From NCBI GenBank assembly GCA_963710415.1, contig CAVQAH010000009.1, forward strand, positions 22,812 to 86,811: a stretch of 64,000 nt of DNA, read 5' to 3'. The notes beneath the pieces were generated by a model, which was not told where the DNA came from, did no database searches, and saw only the letters and a program-made list of their open reading frames with translations. A program made the position numbers and the translations under genes. Source of the DNA: an uncultured Acidobacteriota bacterium (GTDB lineage: Bacteria > Acidobacteriota > Vicinamibacteria > Vicinamibacterales > 2-12-FULL-66-21). Position 1 is the first letter of the stretch; each line of letters opens with the position of its first letter. Shown piece after piece: positions 22,344 to 31,251 of the stretch.

Positions 22344-23039
22344 TCAGAAATGAACCGCCGCCTCCCCCTGGCGATCGAACGCGTCACTGATGAACCGCTT
22401 GTTGTGGTCGTAGCCCCAGTGGACGTTGCGAAAATACGCGCCCAGGGCTTCGCCATCTTTCGCCCCGGCCAGGCGGATGATGTGGCGGTGCTCCGACACG
22501 GACTTGCGAAGCCACGCCGACAACGTCCGCCGTTGGACGGGGAACGTGTACAGAGGCGCGCGAACCATGTTGCAGGTGTTCCTGAGGGTCTCGTTGTCGA
22601 GTTTCAGCAGAAACACCTCGTGAAACCGCCGGTTCCACAGACCGAATCCCGGCAGGTCCGCCGTGGCGGCCGCCGCCGCCATATGCCGGTTGAACTGTCG
22701 CAACTCCCGCAGGTCGGCTTCCGTCAGCCGTCCGGCGACGGCGGCCGCGACAGCCCCTTCGAGAATGCCAAGCGTTTCGTAGATCTCGCGCACGCTCTCG
22801 AGCGGCAGAAAGCGCACGTTGTAGCTGCGGCGGCTGCTGCACACGACGACGCCCTCGGTTTCAAGTCTCAGCAGCGCTTCTCGGATAGGGGTGCGGCTGA
22901 TGCCCAGCCTGGCGGCAAGCTCTTTCTCGACGATGCGTTCGCCTGGACGAAACTTTCCGGAAGCGATCTCCTGGCGCAGCAGCGAGCAGACTTTGTCGGC
23001 GATCGTTTCGGCCTGAATTGCGCTACGCGCCGCCAGCAT
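22344..23039 (-). CDS. GntR family transcriptional regulator (FadR/FCD type)
   Basis: wHTH PGERIVEKELAARLGISRTPIREALLRL; FCD motifs NRRFH and SEHRHII. Confidence 0.93.
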   Translation of the reverse strand: MLAARSAIQAETIADKVCSLLRQEIASGKFRPGERIVEKELAARLGISRTPIREALLRLETEGVVVCSSRRSYNVRFLPLESVREIYETLGILEGAVAAAVAGRLTEADLRELRQFNRHMAAAAATADLPGFGLWNRRFHEVFLLKLDNETLRNTCNMVRAPLYTFPVQRRTLSAWLRKSVSEHRHIIRLAGAKDGEALGAYFRNVHWGYDHNKRFISDAFDRQGEAAVHF

Positions 23040-23045
23040 GTCGCC

Positions 23046-23055
23046 TGATATATCA
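23046..23055. promoter_or_regulatory. Perfect 10-bp palindrome TGATATATCA, candidate GntR autoregulatory operator
   Basis: AT-rich palindrome 6 nt upstream of the GntR start in high-GC DNA. Confidence 0.4.
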
Positions 23056-23136
23056 CCATACCAGGCCTGGTTCAAGAGTGTTGAAGGGCAGCCGGAGGTT
23101 CGTGCAGGTTTCGCACGCCGAGTCCTCCTCCCGCGC

Positions 23137-24201
23137 TTACCAGTGGACACGCGGGGTGCCAGTCGTGGCCGCGTGAACAGCGGCGCCGATCAGTCCCGCG
23201 TCGTCGTTGAGGATGACGGCGACCGGAATCGTGGCGACGAGATGCGCCATCGGCTCCTTGTCGCGAAACGCCGCGAGGAACCCGCCCTCCTCGAGCGCGG
23301 GAAGAATCTTTGGTGCGATGCCCCCGCCAACGTACACACCAGCCGTTGCGACGTAGCGCAGTGCCAGGTTGCCGGCTTCGGCGCCGTATGCCGCGATGAA
23401 GATCTCGAGCGCCTCCACACACTGCGGGCATCGGTGTTCCATCGCGCATTGGCTGATGCGTTTGGGCAGGTCCGCCGGGTCCTTGACGACGCCGACACCG
23501 TCGCAGAGATGCGACGGAGCGATGCTGTTGGGCGTGATCGTCGGACCGGTTCCGAACGCGTGATGCGTGAACTGGTAGATGTTGGCGAGCCCGGGGCCGG
23601 AGATGACGTGCTCGACGCCGACGCGGCCGAAGATCCGTGTCAGCTCGGTGACCATTGCCATCTCGCGCGGCGTGCGGGCCGCGAAGTCCGCATGGCCACC
23701 CTCCGATGCCGCAGGCACGAACTGCCCATCGACGTTGTGCAGCAGCGCCTGCCCGAGACCGGTGCCGGCGGCGATGACCGCCGCATTGCCGGTCGGGATC
23801 GCGATGCCCTGCTGAAGCACGGCGAGCTCGTCGGGGTGCAGGACGTTGACCGCGTACGCGAGCGCCTCGAGGTCATTGATCACCGCCGAGCGTCTCAGGC
23901 TGAACGTGGCGCTGACCCGTTCGTTGTCGACGAGCCACGGGACGTTGGTGAGTCGCGCGACCTGATCGGTGACGGCGCCGGCAACGCCGAAACACGCCGA
24001 CTCGATCCCCCGCGCATCGACGTTCTGCGCGCGCAGGAACTCGCGAATGATCTGCTCGAGGCTGTCGTACTCGAGGGTGATGAACTCGCCGATCTCGACC
24101 GGCGCCGGCCGCTCGTCGACCGCGATCGCTCGACCGCCGGCCTCGCGTGCAAAGAGCCCTAACAGCGTCTTGGTTCCGCCGACGTCGCCGGCGAGCAGCA
24201 T
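23137..24201 (-). CDS. glk: Glucokinase (E. coli Glk-type)
   Basis: LAGDVGGTKT, GVAGAV, LTNVPW, INDLEA, AGTGLG, SEGGH, SGPGL and GGGIAPKI. Confidence 0.95.
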   Translation of the reverse strand: MLLAGDVGGTKTLLGLFAREAGGRAIAVDERPAPVEIGEFITLEYDSLEQIIREFLRAQNVDARGIESACFGVAGAVTDQVARLTNVPWLVDNERVSATFSLRRSAVINDLEALAYAVNVLHPDELAVLQQGIAIPTGNAAVIAAGTGLGQALLHNVDGQFVPAASEGGHADFAARTPREMAMVTELTRIFGRVGVEHVISGPGLANIYQFTHHAFGTGPTITPNSIAPSHLCDGVGVVKDPADLPKRISQCAMEHRCPQCVEALEIFIAAYGAEAGNLALRYVATAGVYVGGGIAPKILPALEEGGFLAAFRDKEPMAHLVATIPVAVILNDDAGLIGAAVHAATTGTPRVHW

Positions 24202-24213
24202 GGGGCAATTCTA

Positions 24214-24367
24214 ACGTGCGGACGTGCCGACGTGCGCACGTGCTGCTTGCGACGTGCCTACGTGCGACGTGCGACGTGCGGCACGGCCTGCCGTCCGCAC
24301 GGGCCGTCCGCACGTCCGCACGTGGCACGTCCGCACGTCCGCACGTGGCACGTCGCACGTCGCACGT
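24214..24367. repeat. Inverted array of ACGTGCG(G)/(C)CGCACGT 7-8-nt units between divergent genes
   Basis: About seven acgtgc units followed by about eight gcacgt units; same family as 47461-47722. Confidence 0.85.
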
Positions 24368-24374
24368 ATTACGC

Positions 24375-24402
24375 TTGACTTTCCCTCACTTGTGGCTAAT
24401 CT
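24375..24402 (+). promoter_or_regulatory. Sigma70-type promoter for the HTH-TPR gene
   Basis: TTGACT, 16-nt spacer, TAATCT, 9 nt, then ATG 24412. Confidence 0.5.
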
Positions 24403-24411
24403 TCGCAACTA

Positions 24412-25278
24412 ATGACGTCGTCTTCGTCAGCGGCGGGCGGACCGTACGGGCTGCGCGAGATCCGAAGCCTCTACCCGGCGGTAACCGAGAATCACCTGCG
24501 GTACCTGGAGAAATGGGGTCTCATCCGACACGACGCTGAGCCCCGCGATCAGCGCTTCTACTCGTTCGCCGATCTGCAGACCATCAAGCACGTCTCCTTC
24601 GAGATCGAGCGAGGCACGCCGCTGCGCGTGATCCTGCGATCGCTGGCGGCGGAACGTCAGGGTCAGCTCGTGCTCGACTTTCATGCGACGGCGGACACGC
24701 CGCGGGCCAAAGTCGTCACGCTCCACACACCGAGACCACGGGCGCCCGACGTCGGCTCCGCGACGCCGCTGCCCGTCGGCTCCACCGCCTCGATGAACTT
24801 TCCGTTCTCGGATCCGCAGGCGGCGCTTGCGGCGAAGTACTTCATCGAGGGGTCACGGCTCGACGACGGCGATGAGCGCAACATGGAGGAGGCCGCCGCG
24901 ACCTACCGGAAGGCGCTGGTGATCGATCCGGACCTGGTGCCCGCGATCGTCAATCTCGCCAACATCCACTACGCTCGCGACGAGCTGATCGAGGCGCAGG
25001 CCCTCTATGAGCGGGCCATCGGCCTGGATCCCGATTGCTTCGAGGCGCACTTCAACCTGGGCAACATCCATCACGACCTCGGAAGGTTCCGTGAGGCGCT
25101 GGGTTGCTATCGCGGCGCCGTAGCGTTGAACCCAGGCTACGCCGACGCGCATTTCTACCTGGCGGTCACGCTCGAAAAGACCGGGCACTCACCCGAGGCG
25201 AAGCCGCACTGGAAGGCCTATCAGGACCTCGCGCCGAATGGCGAGTGGGTGGAATTGGCGAAGGAATTCTGTGAATAG
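24412..25278 (+). CDS. MerR-like HTH plus tetratricopeptide repeat protein
   Basis: LRYLEKWGLI...RFYSFADL (MerR-type wHTH) followed by three to four TPRs (YRKALVIDPD, YERAIGLDPD, AHFNLGN). Confidence 0.88.
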   Translation: MTSSSSAAGGPYGLREIRSLYPAVTENHLRYLEKWGLIRHDAEPRDQRFYSFADLQTIKHVSFEIERGTPLRVILRSLAAERQGQLVLDFHATADTPRAKVVTLHTPRPRAPDVGSATPLPVGSTASMNFPFSDPQAALAAKYFIEGSRLDDGDERNMEEAAATYRKALVIDPDLVPAIVNLANIHYARDELIEAQALYERAIGLDPDCFEAHFNLGNIHHDLGRFREALGCYRGAVALNPGYADAHFYLAVTLEKTGHSPEAKPHWKAYQDLAPNGEWVELAKEFCE

Positions 25279-25343
25279 AAGCTGCCAGCTGCCAGCTGCC
25301 AGTCGTAAGCCGCTGAAGGCTGGCCGCTGGAGGCTGGCCGCTG
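25279..25343. repeat. Inverted heptamer array (AGCTGCC x3 ... GCTGGCC/GCTGGAG) between convergent genes
   Basis: agctgcc-agctgcc-agctgcc ... ggctggcc-gctggag-gctggcc-gctg. Confidence 0.7.
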
Positions 25344-25344
25344 T

Positions 25345-25656
25345 CTAGTAGGTGTAGTCGACGCGCTCGCGTTTCTTCGGCGTCCGGCGCAGCTTGTAAT
25401 ACGCACACTCCGGGCACCACGAGTCCGCGTTGAAGCCTTCCTTCCCGGCAAAAGGCAGCACGTCGCGATGGGTGCAGAATTCGCCTGCATCCGGCGTCGA
25501 GCGCCAGCGGCAGGAACGGAACCGCTCGACTGCCGCGGACACGGCAGGTGCCTCAGGGCTCGCCGGCGGGGTCACGGGCTCTCCGCCGCTGTCTGACATC
25601 GAGGCCGCCGCGCCCTGAATCGTTCGTCCGTCTGAGAGTTTTGTATCGTCCATCAT
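25345..25656 (-). CDS. Hypothetical Cys/His-containing protein (103 aa)
   Basis: ATGA overlap with the helicase stop; CRW...FCTH...WCPEC followed by a basic tail. Confidence 0.75.
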   Translation of the reverse strand: MMDDTKLSDGRTIQGAAASMSDSGGEPVTPPASPEAPAVSAAVERFRSCRWRSTPDAGEFCTHRDVLPFAGKEGFNADSWCPECAYYKLRRTPKKRERVDYTY

Positions 25657-26927
25657 CCCTGCATTTCGAGCCCGAAGGAACGCTGGAGCGCCTGAAGCGC
25701 CCGTGTTTCCTCGGGAGCCACCAGCGTGAGCGCCGTGCCCGTCGCATCCGCCCGGCCCGTGCGCCCCACGCGGTGAACGTAGGTTTCGCGATTGGACGGG
25801 ACCTCGTAGTTCACGACGTGCGTGATCCCATCGATGTCCAGTCCGCGTGCGGCCACGTCCGTGGCCACGAGCACGCGGTAGCGTCCGCTTCTGAATCCTT
25901 CGATCGCCTGGGTACGTTGCGACTGCGTCCGATCGGCGTGCAGCGCGGCCGCCTTGAGGCCCGCCGCCGCCAGCTTCCTCGCGAGACGTTCCGCTCCGGA
26001 TTTCGTCCTGACGAAGACCAGCACCGGGCCGTCCATGCGGCGAAGGAACTTCGCCAGCCAGTCGGCCTTCTGGCCGGCCGGCACGTTCTCGACGGTGTGC
26101 GTGATGCTCAACGCCGGACCGCCGGCGCTGCCGATCTGCACGTACTTCGCCTGGCGCACGACCTCGTCGGCCAGCTTGAAGACGTCGTCCGGCATCGTGG
26201 CGGAGAAGAGCAGCGTCTGCCGCGCCGCCGAATCGGGCAGCGCCGAGACGATGCGCCGCACGTCGGGCCAGAAGCCCATGTCCATCATGCGGTCCGCTTC
26301 GTCGAGCACGAGCGTGTCGAGCTTGTCGAAGGCCACGGCGTTGCTGCGCATGTGATCCATCAACCGGCCCGGCGTGGCGACGATGATGTCGACGCCGGAC
26401 TTCAGCGCGCGCTCCTGCTGATCCATTGGCACGCCGCCGTAGACGGCGATGCTGGTCAGATCGGTGTGATACGTGAAGCCCTGCACGTCATCCTCGATTT
26501 GCACGCACAACTCTCGCGTGGGCGCGAGGATGAGGACGCGGGTGAACCCGCGCTCCTCCGGCGCGGCCGCGCGCGCTTTCAGCATGCGATTGAGGATGGG
26601 AAGCAGGAACGCCGCGGTCTTGCCGGTGCCGGTATTCGCGCAGCCAATGACGTCGTTCCCGTCCATGACGAGCGGGACGACCGCGCTCTGAATTGGCGTC
26701 GTGTACGAGAATCCCCGCACGCGGATGCCCTCGATGAGCGACGCCTCGAGGCCGAGCGTCTCGAAGGCGACCGGCTGCGGGTCGTACTCCGCCTGCTCAC
26801 GCGGGGGCGAGGTCCGTGCCGCCGTCTGAGGCGCGCGATGCTGTGGCTGACGCGGTGCGCTTCCGCCGGGGCGCCGTCGACGCCGCCGAGGCCCCGTCGT
26901 TCGATGTTGTGTTGTGTGGGAGCTCAA
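25653..26927 (-). CDS. DEAD-box RNA helicase (RhlE-like)
   Basis: Q motif TPIQ, TGTGKT, PTREL, GG, TPGRL, DEAD, SAT, ARGLD and HRVGRTGR; TTG start. Confidence 0.96.
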   Translation of the reverse strand: MSSHTTQHRTTGPRRRRRRPGGSAPRQPQHRAPQTAARTSPPREQAEYDPQPVAFETLGLEASLIEGIRVRGFSYTTPIQSAVVPLVMDGNDVIGCANTGTGKTAAFLLPILNRMLKARAAAPEERGFTRVLILAPTRELCVQIEDDVQGFTYHTDLTSIAVYGGVPMDQQERALKSGVDIIVATPGRLMDHMRSNAVAFDKLDTLVLDEADRMMDMGFWPDVRRIVSALPDSAARQTLLFSATMPDDVFKLADEVVRQAKYVQIGSAGGPALSITHTVENVPAGQKADWLAKFLRRMDGPVLVFVRTKSGAERLARKLAAAGLKAAALHADRTQSQRTQAIEGFRSGRYRVLVATDVAARGLDIDGITHVVNYEVPSNRETYVHRVGRTGRADATGTALTLVAPEETRALQALQRSFGLEMQG

Positions 26928-26934
26928 ATCGATT

Positions 26935-27153
26935 CTACCGAGCGCGGAAGGTGATGATGCCGCGAACCGGATCGTAGGGTGAGACGCCGACCGTCACGCG
27001 ATCGCCCGGAACCACTTTGATTCGGAAGCGGCGCATACGGCCGCTCAACTGGGCGAGAACCTCGTGGCCCTGGTCGCACTGCACGCGATACAACCCGCCG
27101 CTGTGAACCGCCACGACCGTGCCCTGCACGTCAATCAGATCATCCTTGCTCAA
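26935..27153 (-). CDS. infA: Translation initiation factor IF-1
   Basis: 72 aa, MSKDDLIDVQGTV...LSGRMRRFRIKVVPGDRVTVGVSPYD...GIITFR; TTG start with AAAGGA Shine-Dalgarno. Confidence 0.96.
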   Translation of the reverse strand: MSKDDLIDVQGTVVAVHSGGLYRVQCDQGHEVLAQLSGRMRRFRIKVVPGDRVTVGVSPYDPVRGIITFRAR

Positions 27154-27268
27154 TTAGGGTCCTTTCAATCAAAGATTGTGCCACATTTGTACTGCTGGGC
27201 GCAAACTCAACAGGCCACATTTTTGCACATCCTCGCGCCATCATTACGACGGAGGACGCGCGATCGGC

Positions 27269-29791
27269 TCAGAGCTCCCGCACCGCCGTCTCGATTTGCC
27301 GGGCGAGCGACACGTAATCGTTTCCTTTCAACGACATAGGCTTACCAAACGCAATCCGTGCCCGGCCCCGTTGTGGAAACTTCCACCGCTGGTGGAGGAT
27401 GCGATCGAGGCCGTCGAGCCTCACCGGGATGACGGGAACATCGAGGCGGGCCGCGATCATCGCCGCGCCAGGCTGGAACCGGTTGATCTCGCCGGTCTCC
27501 GTACGCTTGCCCTCCGGGTAGATGAGCACCGAATACCCGCTGCTGACGAGCTCGCCGATGTATCTGAGCGTCTGACGGGTTCCCGACTCGCGCTGGGGCA
27601 AGGGAAACGCGTTGAAGAAAAACGCCGCGAGATAGTAGTTCGTGCTGTTGGCGAGGTATTCCTTCCGGGTGAACTGGTCGGGGTAAAAGTGGGCTCTGAA
27701 GAATTCCTTCGCCATTGCCGGCGCCACACGGTAACGCCATCGAGGCGGAAGGGCATCGAGAATGACCGGCGTGTCGAGGTGGCTCTGATGGTTGGCGGCG
27801 AAGATGACGGGGCCGGGGAGGTCGCGCAGGTTCTCGAGGCCCTCGACGGTCATCCGCGCGAAGACGCGGCCGAGCGGGAGAATCCACGTCGGCAGACTGG
27901 CGCGTCGCACCGCACGCACGAGCGGCCGATCGGTTCCAGGAAGGGAAGTCGATCGGTTCCGTGACCGTGACCGCCGCAGGGGCGGACGGGTCGAGTGGAC
28001 GCGTGAGCGCCTCGAGATCGCCGGCCGTTCGCGCTGATGCGAATCTCGCTTCGTCGATGGTGACTTGAAACGCCTCTTCGAGCGCCATCATCAGCTCGAC
28101 GCGCTCGAGCGAGCTCAACCCAAGCTCGTCGATGGTGGTTGCCGGCGTGATGGTGCGTCCGGGCGCGAACCGTTCCAGGACCGCAGCGACCGATCGGCCT
28201 CCAGCTGCTGCGCCGGCAGCACGTGCGTGCTCGCCGGTCAGCCACTGCTTCAGTTCACGCCGCTTCAGCTTTCGCGTGCCTTCAGTACGCAGGCAACTCG
28301 GTGCCCGGCCACAACGCGGACGCCCGAATTTTCTGGTGGTCCCCAAGCTGAAGGTTGGCGTTCCGGACGATCGCATCGACGTCGGCGCCGGGTTCGACGA
28401 CGAGGATCGCGTGAACCCGCTCGGCGGTCGATCCCGCGCGCCGCGGCGCCGACGACGGCAGATTCCTTCACGCCAGGCTGCGTATCCAGTGCGCGTTCGA
28501 CGTCCTCCGGAAAGACGTTGAGCCCTTCCGGCGTGACGATCATTTCCTTCTTCCGGCCGCGAATGTGCAGCTGGCCCTTGTCGTCGATCTCTCCGATGTC
28601 GCCGGTGTGGAACCATCCATCACGGAAGGCGGCGCGTGTCTCCTCGGGCGCGTTGAAGTAGCCGCGTGTCACGTTCTCGCCGCGGACCAGGATCTCGCCG
28701 TCGTCAGCAATCCTGACGTCGACGCCGCCGATCGGCTTGCCGACGGCGCCGCGGACCGCATGAAACGGGTGGTTCAGCGTCACGATCGGCGCCGTCTCGG
28801 TCAGTCCGTAACCCTGGACGACGACGAATCCCAGACGCCCCCAGAACGCTTCGAGGTCGGGATCGAGCGGCGCCGCGCCGACGACGAACGCCCAGAATTT
28901 CAGCCCGAACAGGCGATGGATCCGCCGGTAATGCCACCACCTGACGGCCCAGTGCATCTTCTTCGGCGGTGGTTCCGCGGCTTCTGGCGCCACGCGGATG
29001 ATGTAGTCGCGCAGAACCTCGAGGATCTTCGGCACGCACACCAGCACCGAGATGCGTCCCTTGTGGATCTGGCGAAGGATGTCTTCCGGTGCGAAGCTGC
29101 GCGTGAACACGACGAGCCCGGGGAGCATGGGCGGGACGAACGTCGCCATCGCCTGCCCGAACATGTGGCTCAGGGGAAGAAGATTCAGAAAGCGAATGGG
29201 CAGGAATGGCTTCGCCCACTGGCGGTATTTGATGACCTCGCGCTCGATAGGGACGATGTTCGCCAGGACGTTTCGATGGGTGATGACGACGCCCTTCGGA
29301 TCGGCCGTGGCGCCGGACGTGAAGATGATTTCCGCCGTGTCGTCAGCTGTGAGTTCGACGGGGGCGCCTGCGACCGGCGAGGATTCCGCCGACTCGGTAC
29401 GAAGATCCGCAAGCCGCCAGATCGTCCGGGACGCGCCCAGAGACTCGCTGTCCACGACGTCGCCGACCAGCACGACTCGCGCGTCGACGATCTCGGCGAC
29501 GCGCAGGAGAAAGGCCGCGGACGCGCGATAGTCGATCGGGACGACGACCACGCCCTCGAGGACGCAACCCCAGAGCGCGATGATCCACTCGGGCCGGTTC
29601 TCGCCCCACAGCGCGACAGCCTGCCCCTTGACGATTCCGGCGGAACGCAATCGGGCGGCGAACTGGCGCGAAGCCGCCGCAGCCTCGGCGTAGCTGAACG
29701 CCCGCGTTCTATAACCGTCGTCATATACGAGAAACTCGCCGGGGGTCGCTGAGAGATCGCTGAAGTAGTCGACGAGCGTGCGCCGTGCCAT
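27269..29791 (-). CDS. Long-chain acyl-CoA/ACP synthetase - acyl carrier domain - PlsC-like acyltransferase fusion (frameshifted)
   Basis: FTSGATADPKG, QGYGLTE and WFHTGDIG (adenylation); LGLSSL carrier Ser; NHQSHLD and YPEGKRT (acyltransferase). Confidence 0.9.
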
Positions 29792-29815
29792 TCCTCTGAA
29801 TTATGATGGAAACGC
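29792..29815. promoter_or_regulatory. Overlapping bidirectional -10 elements
   Basis: Plus strand TATGAT at 29802-29807 (8 nt to ATG 29816); minus strand CATAAT at 29805-29800 (8 nt to ATG 29791). Confidence 0.55.
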
Positions 29816-31166
29816 ATGTCGCTCCCGCCGGTTTTTGCTGCCAGCGCGCTCTACGACAACCTGCTGCAGGCAGCGCTCCGACAGTTCTTCGGACGTGCCA
29901 CGTTCGAACTCGAGCCGATCCCGTCGCTGTCCTCCGATGGCCGGCTCTCGATCGAACCAACCAACGATCCGTCGGTGCTCTCCATTCGCTGGTTCGGATC
30001 CCGGCATGTTCTGCACGTGCCCGCGCGCCGGCCGTTCACGGCGCACGAAGTTCGTCTCGCCCGGGCCATCGGCACCGTGCTCGCGATCCGCTATCGAGCG
30101 ATCTTCGATCCCAAGCAGATGCTCGAGCGCGGCGACCTGTTCCGCGGCTCCATCGAAGACCGCTACGTCAGCGCCTTTCTCGAGATCCAGGCAGCGAACG
30201 ACCCCTCCAAGGGCCGGACGGACCTGATCTCGACCGCCATCGAGGTGCTGCGCGTCGCGGCGCTTTCGAGCTACGAGAATCGCGCGATTTCGTCGGGCGC
30301 CCTGCTGCTCGAAGGTCTCGAGGATCCGCAGCGCGGTATCAAGCCACCGCCTGAGGAGATCGGCTACCGGTATTCGCCGGCGCTCAGCGGCATCAAGAGC
30401 TTCTACCGGATGTCGGACGGGCGTCGAGACGCTGTTCCTCGTCAACAGCGACGGTATCGTCCTCGACATCGTCGAGATCGAACGCTACAGGCAGTCGGTG
30501 ACGCTGGAGGTGCCGTGCCCGCTGGCCTATCGGCCGCACGCCCGCGCCACCCACGGCAACCGCAACATCGTCGTCGTCCTGAGCCCGGCGCACGAGATCA
30601 AGGTGTTCGCCGACGGCGTGCAGATGTTCAGCTTCCGCAACGCGCGCTGGCACCTGCTGGACGTTCAGGCCAAGTACGACATGTGGGAAACGTCGCTCGG
30701 CAATTCCGCGCTGGCGGAACGCCTGTTCCAGACGGCGTTCGACCTGGCGGACGCGCGTCAGGGGGCGCTCTTCGTCGTGCTTCGGGAACCGCAGACGGCG
30801 CTGCCGCTCCTCGTCGCCCCCGCCGATCAACTCGACAGCGTGCATGCCAACTCGCGGGAGAGTTTCGGCCGGCCGCAACTGCTGCACATGCTCCGCGGCC
30901 GCACGGCGGTGGCGCTCGATCCGGCGGTGCTCGCGGGACTGGCGAAGACCGACGGCGCAACGGTCATGGACAGCTCGGGCCGCTTGCTGGCGGTCGGCGC
31001 CATCCTTCTTCACTCCGAACCCGTCGAACCACATTCGAGCCTTGCGGTCGAGGGCGCACGAACGACCGCGGCGATGGCCGCCGGCCGCTTCGGTGCCGTC
31101 CTCAAGGTCAGTGAAGACGGGCTGATCACCTACTACGACAATCAGGAACGGATCTGGGACATCTGA
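29816..31166 (+). CDS. DisA_N / diadenylate-cyclase-fold protein with N-terminal putative sensor region (one extra G near 30420)
   Basis: C-terminal domain QGALFVV...LAKTDGATVMD..GRLLAVGAIL...EGARTTAA...VLKVSEDG; removing one G in gacgggcg joins 29816-30420 to the 30498-31166 frame. Confidence 0.75.
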
Positions 31167-31235
31167 CAGTCGTCAGTCGGGGAGTCGTCAGTCGTCAGTC
31201 CGCAAGATCCTGATTGACTGCGGACGGCGGACGAC
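31166..31235. repeat. Inverted heptamer array (CAGTCGT ... GACTG/GACGG)
   Basis: cagtcgt-cagtcgg-ggagtcgt-cagtcgt-cagtccgca ... gactgcggac-ggcggac-gac; same family as 35125-35235. Confidence 0.75.
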
Positions 31236-31251
31236 GTTGAATAGGGCAACC

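Noticed and set aside
27269-29791. Adenylation-carrier fusion as an NRPS or secondary-metabolite cluster
   Set aside because: There is no condensation, ketosynthase or thioesterase domain; the partner is a PlsC-type acyltransferase, a known lipid-metabolism architecture.
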